From assembly GCF_025526975.1 (NCBI RefSeq), contig NW_026515691.1, forward strand, positions 248,001-312,000: a stretch of DNA of 64,000 bases, given 5' to 3'. Made by a program: the position numbers and the translations under genes. This document shows positions 24,982 to 37,343 of this stretch, piece after piece; position 1 is the stretch's first letter; every line of letters starts with the position of its first letter. The stretch is from Fimicolochytrium jonesii. Lineage: Eukaryota. The notes under the pieces were generated by a model, which saw only the letters and a list, made by a program, of their open reading frames with translations, ran no database searches and was not told the origin of the DNA.

Positions 24982-24996
24982 GTTTCTCTAGGCAAC
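24982..24996 (+). promoter_or_regulatory. X-box (RFX)-like site
   Basis: GTTTCT-CTA-GGCAAC fits GTYNCY-N(0-3)-RGYAAC just upstream of the kinesin ATG. It is a single match only. Confidence 0.35.
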
Positions 24997-25007
24997 ATGA
25001 TCTTAAA

Positions 25008-27800
25008 ATGGCCCAGTACCACCCCCATCCAGACGTACACCACCAACAACCCCTCACCATCGCCACCAACTTCCAACAACCGCCACCCTTCGCCCAAGGC
25101 CCGGCCACCGACACCAACACACCCCGCTCGGCCCTAATCGCATCCCCAGCCTCATTCGCAGGCAGCATCGACTCATTCGGGACCTCTGGGTTCCGCAGTG
25201 GGTTCTCGACAAATGCACCCAGCTCGGCTTTTACGAGTGCGAGTGGGAAGGAGGATGGGGAGGAGAGGATCCGGGTTGTCGTGAGGTAAATACAGCTAGA
25301 TTCGGGCGAGGCGCCCTTGAGGGTGTCCTAACGGGAAGCATACTCAACGCTGGGTATTATTTATCTGTAGAGTGCGGCCCCTAACGCAAGCCGAGAAGAT
25401 CCTCCCGGACAACGGCGGAGTGGAATGTTTCGACGATCACCGCACGCTGGAGGTAAACTCCTCTTCCATTCACATCCCCCATCTCAATGAAAACCCGACC
25501 AAACAACCCCTTGCTCCAATAAACAGGTCTCAGGCCCGTCAACCCCAGCACGCACAATGACCTTCAACCGCGTCTACTCGCCCACATCCACCCAAGAAGA
25601 GGTGTTTGACGACTGTGGTGCGAAGGAGATGATCATCAAGGCCATCGAGGGGTATTATCAACATCTTGGGGTTTGTGCAACACGGAGGAGATTTTTTGCT
25701 TACTACGTGTAGAATCTTCTTCCTTCTCCACCGCCACTGTTGACTGGTTGCATTGGGTTAGATATGCGACTACGATTTTTGCGTTTGGACAGACAGGCAG
25801 TGGGAAGAGTTATACCGTGAGTCGGGCGAATGTTCATAGCATCCCTCTCCAGCGGTCGTGGCGGAGGAGAGGTTTGATGACCATGGCGAAAAATTTATAG
25901 ATGACCGGCGAAATCGGCCACGAGCTCAACCCCCCGACCAGCGGCCTCGTGCTCCGCGGCCTCCAGTTCCTCTTCGAGCAGCTCAACGGGCCGTACGCCG
26001 AGAAGCTGGGCGGCAAAACGCTGATTCGCGCGGGGTATCTTGAGATTTACAATGAGCATGTATGTGTGGTTGTTCTTTTGGGCAAACACTGGGTGTGGAT
26101 TGGAATCATACGGGGGGCTGATAAGGCAGTTTTATACGCAACAGGTTCAAGACCTGCTAAGCCTGACGAACACCACGTCTCTACCTGTCCGCTACGACGC
26201 CTCGAAAGGATTCTACGTCGAGAACTCCCTCGTGGTCGACTGCGCCTCTGTCGACGACAGTATCGCTGTGCTCCAGGAAGGTGCGCCCCAGCAAAATCCC
26301 CAATCTCAGCCCCCTTCCTTAGCGTGGACTCACATCCCCTTTGCTGCCCATGAACAAACCACCCAGGCCTACGCAACCGCACGACCCGCGCCCACCAGCT
26401 CAACGAGCACTCCTCGCGCAGCCACAGCATCATGACGCTGTATATTGAGACGGAGACGGAGAGTGAGGGTGGGGGGGAGGTGGTGAAGAGGCATGGGAAG
26501 ATCAGTTTTGTGGATTTGGCTGGTGAGTGTCTTGTCTCCTGCGGGGCTGGAGGGGGGGCGTTTGCTTTCGACGGGGGGGGAAGATGGGGGATTACCGACG
26601 CTGTTTGTGGGGTGTGTGTTTTTTCGTTGTAGGAAGTGAGAAAGTCCGGGATTCGAAAGCGACGGGGACGACGTTTACGGAGACGACGAATATCAACAAG
26701 AGTCTGCTAACGCTAGGTAAAAGAACGGAAAAAAAAACCCCCCCAGAAAAAACACACCGTCTATTCAAAAACGAATCCCACTTACACCGAAAACATCCAA
26801 CACAGGCACGGTCATATCCCTCCTCTCTCACCCCACCCACGCCGCCAACTCCACCCACATCCCCTACCGCAACTCCCTCCTGACCCGCCTGCTCGCCTCC
26901 TCCCTCTCCGGCACCGGCCTCGCGCTGATGATCGCAACCATCTCGCCGTCCCCGCGGCAAGTGGGCGAGACGATGAAGACGCTGCGGTATGCGCAGCGGG
27001 CGAAGCGGATCCGCACGCGGGCGGTGGTGCGGATGAGCGAGAGGGATGGCGTGGTGGAGGGGTTGCTGAAAGAGGTGCGGAGGCTGAGGGGGGAGAATGA
27101 GTGGTTGAGGGGCGTGGCGGGGGTCGGCGGGGTAGGGGTGGGGCAATATCCACCGCAACACCAACATTCAGGAGCGGCGGGCGATGCGCAGGTGGGAGGA
27201 CATCATCATCCCGGCACGGCCCCGCCAGAACCCCTCCATCTGCCCCCCATCCCCTCCGGACCGGTAAGCTACACCACCGCCAGCCCGGTCCCCTCGCACA
27301 CCTCAAGCGCATCGTCACGGTATCCCAACAACCGCAGCCAGAGCCGGGCGAGCACGATCGGAGGGCGGGGAAGTGACGTCGCCGCCGTGTCGTCGGAGGG
27401 CACTGGGGCGGGGTACGCGAAACGGCATGGAAAGCGGGCCGTTCAGCCTTCGATATCGAGGGATACGTCGTCTGTCGGCGGAGCTGGTTACGCAGATCAG
27501 GCCCTGCAAAACCCGGGGTTCACCACCCAGCAGATGGATGCCGGCGGCGGCGGGGCATACTACCAGATGCCGCCACCGATGATGCTGATGCAGCCGCAAC
27601 AACAACAGCAGCAGCCGTATATGGGACTCCCGCAATGGCCGATGCAAGGGAACGGATACATGGATTCACACATGATGGGGATGTACAATAACACGCAAGG
27701 ATTTTACCCGCAACCAATCCCGGCACCGCAACAGCAGCAGCAGCAGCAGCAGCATCACGTAAAAGCTGCTGGTGCACGGGGCCAGAAGGGACACAAGTAG
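25008..27800 (+). CDS. Kinesin motor protein, most like KIF12/kinesin-16; ~9 exons; Q/P/M/G-rich tail
   Basis: RIRVVVR|VRP, FAFGQTGSGKSYT, YLEIYNE, NEHSSRSH, GKISFVDLAG|SE, INKSLLTLG, HIPYRNSLLT and TLRYAQRAKRI. The subfamily guess rests on the AFGQTG, GFYVEN and GKISF variants. Confidence 0.93.
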
Positions 27801-27916
27801 GGATATCTCGAGAGCCGGCGCAACAAACCGCTCTTACTCATTTTCTGCATATGTACATATCTGAGACAAAAGGTTGTAACAACGGGAGTGACGACCCAGA
27901 AAGAAAAGCATATATT

Positions 27917-30475
27917 TCAATGCCTATGATAGCAGTTACTACACTGATCCTTCCTAAACGCATTCGCAGTAAACTCCGCACACCCGCAGGTCCTGCATAC
28001 CGCCAACATCTCAGACGAAGCCGAGGCCGGTATCGATGCGGGGGTTGCAAGGGGGAGGTGGTCGCTAGAGTTCTGGCGCGATCTGCTGGCGGGTGAGGCG
28101 GGGGGCATGGCGGGGCTCCCACCACCTGAAGTCGGGTTTCGTGATGGGGGCGGTTTTGGCGCGTTCGCGGGTCTTTGCGGCTGTGAGGACGAGGGCGGGA
28201 TGGGGGCGTTGTTGGGGACGTAGGAGAGGCGGGAGATGTGGGAGTAGGGTCTGTCCTGTGGCCGTTGTTGGGAGATGGCGGAGGATGGGAGGTGGTACTC
28301 TGAGGCGGGCCGGGAGGAGGCGACGGATGTGCGGTGGTCGGCGAAGGCGTCTTGGGGTTCTGGGGTTCCGACTGTTTGCTGGCCCGTTATGGAGTCTGGG
28401 CGGTATGGTAACACGGGAGGAGCTGGCGCTGACACGGGTCTCGCCAAAGGTCTGTTCAAGGTGAAAACCAGATATCAGTGGCTGCGTCAGACCTCCGTAG
28501 CTGTGAGAAGAGATCCCAAAACGTACCCGACATAGTTGGTTGGAAATATTCCCGCACGGCTGCTATCGCCGTCAATCTCGCCTTCCCACCATCCCTCGTC
28601 TATCTCGCAAGTCACGTTGATGATGTCTCCCTTCCTGACTGTTATTTCAAGAACAAAGGCCAGTCAGTATTCAGCGTACTGGCCCGACAGCTCTCCAAGC
28701 TACACTTACTTGTAAGTTCCCCTGGCCCTTCCGCATCGAAGTCAAACTGAACCTGCACCTGTTTCCGCCCAGCGGTCGGATTAGCCGGCGGTTGTGCCAC
28801 ATGTCCTATTTGAACGTGCTGTCAGTGGCGGTGCACCAACAAGAAGAAGAGGGGAACGTCCCTCAAATAGATCATTTACCAGAGTAAGATCTTGTTGGTT
28901 CGGGCGCGGGCAGCATGGATCCATTTGGGCCAGCCACAGGGAACACCATTGAGCCCGCATTCGATGCATAAGACAGTTTGCGATCCAACGGACCGCCCGG
29001 AAGTGGGGCCTGCCCACCACCGATGCTGTCGGTACTGACACTCCTCGACGGAGGCTGTCTGTCCGAGTTGGTGGTCGACGCACGTTGGAGAGAGGGACGC
29101 CGGTAGCTCATGGTGTCGTTTCGTGGCATACTGCGTTCGAGAGAGGTGTGTCAGTGATAGCAGTTGCTGCCTGTCCTTGGAAGCGCCCCTTACTCGGCTA
29201 GATTCCTTTGCAAGCTGGATATCGATTCCAACGCTCGTCGGTGATATTCCACTTCGGCATCCATGAACCTCAAAAGGTTTTCCAGTTGCTCGTCCTGGGA
29301 AAGCGGGAAGGATGTGAGAGGTCACTCGAAGATGTGAGGGGACATGTAACGCTTCAACCCACCTCATTAGAGTTCAACTCAATCATTTTCTGAGTGGCAT
29401 CCGTCAAACTCTCCTCATATTTCATCTGCGCGACCCTCGTCTCTTCCTCAAGCTCCGGCTTTTCCTTGCGGCTTTTGTGGACCTTATTCAGCTTTGCGTC
29501 AAAGTCCAGTCGGCGTCTCTCCAGTTTGGCTTTCAAGGTCTGCGTTGTCGAAAGACCTTAGCAAACTGCCTCGACCCTTCGCGTCGGATGAAATCACGGG
29601 GACTTACGGAGTAGTCTTTCATATCGGATATTATCCGTTCGAGATTCCCGATGTACGACTCCCGCAAGGATGCAATCTGGAGAAAAGGGCTTGAGGGTCA
29701 ACGCGTCGGATACCTCGTCCTCCAACCTCTCCTCCACATACATATTCGATCTGGTGCATCGCGATCCTCTGATGCGCCTCTCCGAATGTGACCAACGCTT
29801 TCCCTATAACAAGATCTCCATATCAGAATACGAGCAGCCTGGGGCGTCTTCGGTAGAACGGCCCTACCATAAAGCGAGTCCTCAGCCAGCATGCTCCCGA
29901 ACGTGACCATAGCCTCGGCCATGATCTCCAACGGCATCTTCTTCGCCTTATCTGCGCCGGAGCTCTTTTGCTTCCCTGCAAAAAGCCGTGCACATCGTCA
30001 AAGGGCCCATCGATTTGAATGACAGATCTAAAAACGGAGAGCACACTCACCCAGCGCTTTAGCATACACCGTCAACGAGTCGTGCACTTGTTCAGTGAAC
30101 TCGCGCCGAACGTTGGTCTCATGCTCCAGCGCCTTGAACTCTTCGCTAGTCTCTGTTAAGACAATACACCCATCTTAGAAAGCACCCCCCACGCGTGCGG
30201 TGTCGGCGGGAATATGTATTTCACGTACCCGTCTTTTGTGTGCTCCCCATCTTCTCGCCTAAATAGCACATACGTGACGCTCAGTTGATGCCACCACCGT
30301 CTCACGTTTTCAGAACAAAAGTAAAAGAAGGAAATGGACGGTACCTGTCCACTGAAGGAGGCGAAAAGCCGAGTTAGAGAACAAAGCGGCGGGCTGTGGA
30401 CACAAACAATTTGTAACTGATCTCTACGATGCTTACCTGGCGGAACTGCCCAAACTTTTTCCCGAACGAAGCCAT
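27917..30475 (-). CDS. Endophilin-like N-BAR + SH3 protein with a C-terminal Cys/His motif; many exons
   Basis: MASFGKKFGQFRQ|WTG|EKMG...KT|ETSEEF, KLERRRLDFDAK, SH3 FDFDAEGPGEL...DEGWWEGE...GIFPTNYV, and tail CRTCGCAEFTANAFRKDQCSNCYHRH. Confidence 0.9.
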
Positions 30476-31040
30476 GACTCGGTCTTTTGAAAGGCAGGAG
30501 CTAAGAGGAGAACTGACTGTTCGTGGTCTCTGCTAGCCTATCGAGTGTCGGGGGTGTGTTATGTTCGGTGGGTTGGGGTTGGGACAACGGGAGATGTCTG
30601 GGGTGGTGGAAGGTGGAAGTTGGAGGATGGACAGTTGCGAGCGGCTTGTGACGGCCACATTAAATCCGAGCGTCATCGCGTTGGCCATTCGCGCGCCAAG
30701 ACGCTTACAATGCATTTCGGCAGGCCGGCATATCTACTAACATGAATGCAAGCGGGGCGCTGCATGTGCTGATTGAATGCATTCCGATACTATGTACAAC
30801 ATATAAGCCCCCGCAAAACCCAGGAAGCCGAAGAGTGCAATCCCTCCTAGATCTCAAAGGGTCCATGGCGAGCCATATAAAACGAAAAGACGAACGACGA
30901 CATCAATGCTGCAAATGCGTCCAGTCCCGATCCTCCGCCATAAAATAGTCCCTCCAGGGTTACGCCACAAAGTCAGTCTCCGCAAGAAATGCCATACACA
31001 ACCCCGGGATATGTGACGGGCAAATTCCTTTTCATCACTC

Positions 31041-32725
31041 TCAATGTCCAGCCTTCCTCAGCGCAGCCAACGCCTCAGGATTCAATTCCGCTTTCGTCGA
31101 TGTAAGGTCTTCCCAGGGCCTAAAAGAAAAAATCGGAATCAGCAAAGCGTAGACAACTGGCTGTCGCACATGAAACCTATTCCTACGTACAGACTCCACT
31201 TGGCGGTATCGAGCTTATCGGGCCTGTCCATGATCCCGAGAATCTCTTCGTGGATCATGAAGCTGATATCGTCGATGGGGAGGTCGTTAGCGTCTATGAG
31301 GAGGGGAAGGGGTATTTCGATCAGTTCATGTCACGCTTGAACAGTACGGGACGGAAATGGGATGAATGGATTGATACGCACCAAAACCGAACTATGAAAA
31401 GCATAGAAGATGATAATGTTAGTATGTGATCTGATTCCTCAAACGTCCAATCAGGGATCTCGTGGACTTACCGGGTTCTCAATCTCGCCTCCGATGGCTT
31501 CCAATCCCAGCAGCGTAAATGCCGCCAAAGCACACATCGGGACTATCACAGCGAAGAAAGCAAGCGCGCCGTCAGCACGCCGTTCACCCCCAACCCAATC
31601 AACTTCATACAGATGAAAAACTCACTAGTGGACCACTTGCACGCATCCAGCAACTGAAACGGCAACGAGAGGAGATACAGCACCAACGTCTGCTTCAAAT
31701 GCACGCCGTAAGCAAAGGGCAGTGGGGTGCCCCGGATCCGCTCGAACCCGGACAGGCAGTCCATCATGGCGTTCAGGGCGTTGTTCATGCAGCCGTAGAG
31801 GGAGACGTCGATTTGCTCGCGTTGGCGAATCTTGTTGATGAAGCCCTGTTGGTGGTTGTAGAGAGGTCAATACTCCGGTGAAGCGGAAGACACCAGAAAC
31901 AATCCATGGATAAGATCAACTTACGCCGAGATGCAACGAAATCTCCACCGGCAAGTTCTTCATATCCGGGGGCGCCGGCGCATCTGGGGCATACTCCGGC
32001 AAGTGGCTGATATACGGCTGCACGTCATCATAATGCACGCCCAGCTCGCTTCGCAGGTAGTGCTTGGTGGCGTGCATGAACGCAATGAGAAGGTTCATGG
32101 CCCCGCGTTTCTCGAGCGCTTCGTGGGCGTCCCGGGCGGGTACGCCGATCCATACGAAGCGGGTCATGTTACGGACCTTAAGAGAGAGGTATCATCCACG
32201 TCAGCCTCATGCATCTCCCCACGCATCCTCGCAACAGTCCACTAACGGTCTCAGCTCTTACATTAGTCTCCAGGGTACTAAAAAGCCTCCTCCCCTCCCA
32301 ATACCGGTCATACGCGGTATTGTTCCTAAACACTAGCAACAGGCCCATCACGACACCGACGATGGTGATCAGCAGGTTGGATTTGGGGATCAGGTCTTTG
32401 AACCATTTGTGCGGGTACAGGATGTGGAACACCGTCCAGCCCGTCGCCCAGGCGGTTGCGAGAAGGGTGGGGATGGAGATGCGCGGGATAACGGAGCCGG
32501 ACACCCTTACCACTGTGAAGATACTCTCATTAACTGCTTGGTTCCAGGCTCTGAAGAGACGGGGAGGAGAGCGCAAAACGTACGGTTCCGAGCAGAATGA
32601 TAATAGTTCGACTGGTTCTTGACCTTATGGGTCATAGTCGCCTTTGCCCTGTGCATGTGCAAGTCGGACAGGTGCGGCCTGTGCAGGTGGTTATGGTGGC
32701 CCTCAAGTTTTGTTGCTTCGCCCAT
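31041..32725 (-). CDS. Bestrophin-like (UPF0187/YneE-type) anion channel, multi-exon
   Basis: GLLLVFRNNTAYDRYWEGRR, ERIRGTPLPFAYGVHL and GLEAIGGEIENP|FGF|DANDLPID. Confidence 0.93.
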
Positions 32726-33189
32726 TGCTTCAAGTCCTTGGTGCTATAGGGTGGGAGTGTTTTCGAAAGTCCCGTACTGCATGCAAAGCACATGTGGGAG
32801 ATTGGGGAAGGTAAGGAATCTTACAAAGTCCAGAGGGAAGCCACACCTCGGGAAAGCGGTTGGGGGAGGACTGTCACGCATGCGGGAGGCTCGCCGCTCG
32901 GGCACGTGATCGCATCACTCCCTCCGTGCGGCACACTCCCACACGCCTCCCTCCCAAAACGGCGTCGCGTCGCTGGCCCTTTTTTATGTACTGTAACTTG
33001 CAACAAAACGCATCGCAACAGTGGCTTCCATGAATCCAACATCTCAACATTGATGCATATGCCATTGCTGAACAGTGTACGTACGTAACTAATGGGGGCA
33101 GCGCAGAATGCCGCTATCAAAAAGGCCAACGGGTAGCGCTATTCCAAGGCCCATCGTACCCCAAAAGCTATCCACCCCATCCACGCCCT

Positions 33190-35804
33190 CTACGCAGCAT
33201 TCTGCACCTTATCCAACGCCATCAACGTCCCCACAAACGTCAAAATCATCTTGCTCTTCACCTCCACAATGTCCTCCGGCAACACAAAGATCGTCGCCCC
33301 CAATTTCCTCGCAATGCTGATCGCATATTTGGCATTCATCTTTTGCTCGTCCTCGCTCTGCCCAGGGCTCACAAGCTCGTAGTTCACAACCCCCTTCTTG
33401 ATGCCCTGCAGGAGGTCGAGGAAGAACACGGAGGTCGAGAGGGACGGGTCTTTGAAGGAGGCCATGGTGCTGTGTTTGGCGGCGCGCGTGCGGACGGTGT
33501 CGTTGGCCCATTTGATCATGTCCGAGTCCGTGATCTCGCGGCCGGCGGTGGAGAGGGAGCGGAGGGTTTGGATGACGTGTTCGCGCATGAGTTGCCATAC
33601 CAGGGCTAGTAGAGAGGAGGGAGGAGGGTGAGATTGATATTTCTGCACAGCGAGTGGGTGTGATAAATCAACCCTCAAACGTAAGAACATACCAAGAGTC
33701 AAAGTCTTATTCCCATCGGTGATATCCACCCCCCCAATCCCCACCAACGAAAACCGCATACTCTTCCCCAACACAACCACATAATTGCAATTCTCCACCT
33801 TCTTGAACTTCGACGACACCGGCGCTTTATTCACCTTCTTCCAGTCCACCACGCCCGGGTGCACCTTATCCATCGCATGCAGAAGCACCAACCCGTCGCG
33901 CAAATCATCAAACAGATTGTTGACGAAAGGTTCAACGCCGAGTGAATTGAGCCACAGCGCAAACGCACGGGCTTCGCGGTCGCCCTCAGATGAGAACAGC
34001 CACTCGTCTAATTGCGCCATCTCGGCTTCGGACAGCTTCTCGAGGCCGGGGTGGGTGTTGAAGAGGTGCGCGACGAACGCGAAATTCAATTTGGCGTTGC
34101 CGCCGACGAGGGTTTTGGCGGTCAGGTATTTGCGGCAGCCGAGCTTGTCTGCGTTCTGCAGGACGGCTTCGGCGCGTTCGAAGAGGTCTGAAATCTGCAG
34201 CGGTTGGCGCGTGCAGGTAGAAGGGGCGAGCTGGGCGAGGAGGACCGTGTAGTTCTCGCCATCTTTAACATCTCCCGAAAAATTGGTCACCTTCCTTGAC
34301 CAGCCCGCCTTCTTCAAATGGTAGTTGAACCAACGCAGCAGGATCTGCTCCGGAGGCAATTTCAAAAACTCCTCCAAGCTCTCGCCGGTCTCGAGGAGAC
34401 GGAACAGCTCCGGGTGGACCTTGATATCGATCTTGGCCTGCAGACCAATCTTGATGATCTGCCAGATCAGGCCAAGGATCAGATGCTCGCGGCCTTCGAT
34501 CAGGTCCTGTGCGCCGATGTTAACGACGCTGCAGCCGACGGCTTTGGCGGAATTGACGACGACGTTGTTGTTTTCAGTCATGTGGAAGGGGTTGAGCTTC
34601 TTCTGGACGTTCAGAACGCGATCGTCGATGGTGCCGGGGACAGAGTCGTTGATGAGCTTGGCAAGGATGAGACCGTCTGCGGAGGTACAGAGGATAAGGT
34701 TAGCCATCTTTGATCACGAAAAGGGTGAATTCTATCGTGCAGTCTTCCCTACCTTTGCACTCGCTGAAAATCTGCATGCTCGAAGGATCAATCGGCAACC
34801 TATCCTTCAAATGCGCATCCCTCGCCAACGCCTGATTAATATGCTGCGTAAACGACTCCTTCTCATCCTCATTGATCGTATGCGTCGTATTCTCCCCATG
34901 TCCATGCAACACAATCTTCTGCTTATCGCCCGTCTGCTTGGCCGCGCCCTTATCCTCGCGCACCTTCGACACCGCCTTCAACAATCCTTCAAACGAGACG
35001 AGGCCGCCGTCGTCGACGAGGGATAGCTGGGAGAGTTTCTGGGTGACGTCCTGGAAACTCGCGCCGGCTTTGGTGGCGACATTGGAGAGGTCGGAGGGGT
35101 GGACTTTGTCGCGGTTTTCTTTGTCGACTAGGGTGTATTGTTGGTGGAACGCGGCGATTTCGGATGGCGTGAAGTAGGGGTACTTTGCCGAGAGGGCTTG
35201 GGTGTTGATGCCCATGCTGCCGGCGGAGAATTTGCGGGGGGTGTCGGTGGTGTTTGTGGAGGGGTGGAGACCGCCGGTGCTGTTGATTGCGCTGGGGTAT
35301 GCGGGGATGGAGGTGGGGAGGTTCGCTCTAAGCATTTGGAAAACTGTGAGATTCGGGGCCACCATCATATTTCCAGCATTTTCCATAGAAGAGAATCTCG
35401 CAGACTTACTCAGGTTGCCTAGCAGGTTTCGAAGGTGGCCTGGTCGGTACACTGTGCGCCGGGATAGCCGGTTTCGTAAACGAAGATTTATTCGGAGCAG
35501 GCGATGCCACAAACGGCTTCACGGGCGACGGCTGAGATGTCTGACCACTAGATTGCTGCTGACGTTTCGCAGCCAACCAATCGCCACCGCTCTGTTCCCT
35601 CCAATTATTCCCCGATGACGGAAGCGCAGATGTAGATGTCGAGATGGACCCGCGTGGGGATGAGATTGCTGAATTAGTTTGCTGCACTGTTTGCGGGTCG
35701 CTATTGTCGTCTGCGTCCCAGTCGTCTGCGTCGAGGGCGCTGGAGAGGGTTGGGGAGTCGTTGTGCAGGCTCTCGTTGGATGAGAAGTTGCGGAAGCCGG
35801 ACAT
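33190..35804 (-). CDS. SAC6: Fimbrin/plastin, with a probable N-terminal extension (internal Met at 35215)
   Basis: HTINEDEKESFTQHIN, LINDSVPGTIDDRVLN, LPPEQILLRWFNYHL, AISIARKLGATIFVLPEDIVEV; four CH domains. Confidence 0.96.
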
Positions 35805-36129
35805 GTTGAGTGAGGGCTTTTTGTAGATGAGGGTGGTGTTTGGGGGGTTGGAGTGTGGCACGCAGGTTCCAGAATAAGGTTAAGCGTGTTTAGCCTTCTG
35901 GAACGTGGCTACTTTGCCGGGCGAGGCGAGACAGGTTGTTTGGGGAAAGCTGGGGCGGATTGCGATGCTTGTGGTTGCGGCGGGACTCGCCTGGAAGGAT
36001 GCTTTTATGGGCTATTTTCTGGGAATAATGGCACGAACGCCAAGCTCTCGTCGGCCAAGACTCCTCTGCACATGCATGCCGAGTTGGCGTTGTTTGCGGG
36101 CTTTGGCGTTGCACGGATATTACGCCCGC

Positions 36130-36721
36130 CTAAATTACAAGCCACGGTCTTGATTCACAAACACAAACCCGAGGGTCATGGAGGGTGGTGATGACATCCG
36201 TTCTCTGAACACTCATCATTTTCCTCAAGGACCGTCGGGATAGATATCTTTTTCCAAGCTGCCCTCCTCCCATCAACCCCACCACACCCACCGGCACAAG
36301 CAACCACGGAAACCTCTCCAGACGCTCGAATCCCGCACGCAAATGATACTGATTCCTAACATCCATCACTTGATGAAACTCTCTGGCAAGCTGGCCCCTG
36401 TAGATCCCCTTAGGGGTGGAGACGAAGCAGGCGGCGACGGAGTCGCATGCGTCTTCGATGAGGGCGAGGGAGGTGCGAAGGGGCGGGGGGAGGTTTTCGT
36501 CGGCGAAGCGCTGGTGGGTGTGAGGGATGACTTGGGGAACTGAAGGGGAATGATTTAAACCCGAGATTCGGAGCCCGAAAGTACGATAGTAGCATGGTTC
36601 CCAGCGTGCCGTTGTTGTGCCGTCCAGCACTTGACCGACGACCGACGACCGTACCAGCGTTTGCTGTTCCTTGATGCTTTGCATGCAGCGCATCTGCTAG
36701 TGCTTGCTCTTTGCTCACCAA
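36130..36721 (-). CDS. Small hypothetical protein, possibly with one TM segment; gene structure uncertain
   Basis: Protein-like stretch LPPPLRTSLALIEDACD...FPWLLVPVGVVGLMGG, with a plausible GTACTT...TTCAG intron upstream; no family recognised. Confidence 0.4.
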
Positions 36722-37343
36722 ACTCAGTCGAGTTGATGATGGAGCTCTGGATTTGTAATTTGTAATGTCAGGCGGTCAACGGAGCCACCACGGAATACTG
36801 TACTGGACCAACCGCAGGTGGGCATCTGCCGTCTCCGTTCCTCCGTCCCTCCCTCTGCTCTGTCCCTCCCTCTGTCCCTCCTCCATTTGTTGCTACTCAA
36901 TATTGCCACGTTAAATCATGCATTACAGGAGTCGGTTATAAAAATTATGGCATCACATGGTTCATCACATATACAACGGCTAGCACTCCTATTTCAAACC
37001 AGGCCATACAGCGAAGGTGCAACAAATGACAGTATTGCGCGATTGTCAATCATCCCACTCCACCTATGCCGTACGCCGGAACGAGCTGGCAGAGGCATGT
37101 CTATTCGTATTTGTCATTGACGTCCACGGGAAGCAAGCCTCCCATGGTATAGGATCGGGTATAAAGAGTCTCCGAGGGGGCAAGACAAATGACAGATCTA
37201 CAGTACAGCGCATCAGCAAAAATGACTCAACCCACTCGTCCACACTCTCCTCCTCCCAAACCTCGTTTATATCGCGCTCTCGGATGTCCATGGGCACAGG
37301 TGAGTGCACCACACAGTTCTCACAGTAGCTCCCGTTCACCAAG

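Noticed and set aside
35330..35409. Extra Cys-containing coding segment in fimbrin
   Set aside because: It lies within a canonical GTAAGT...TTAG intron.
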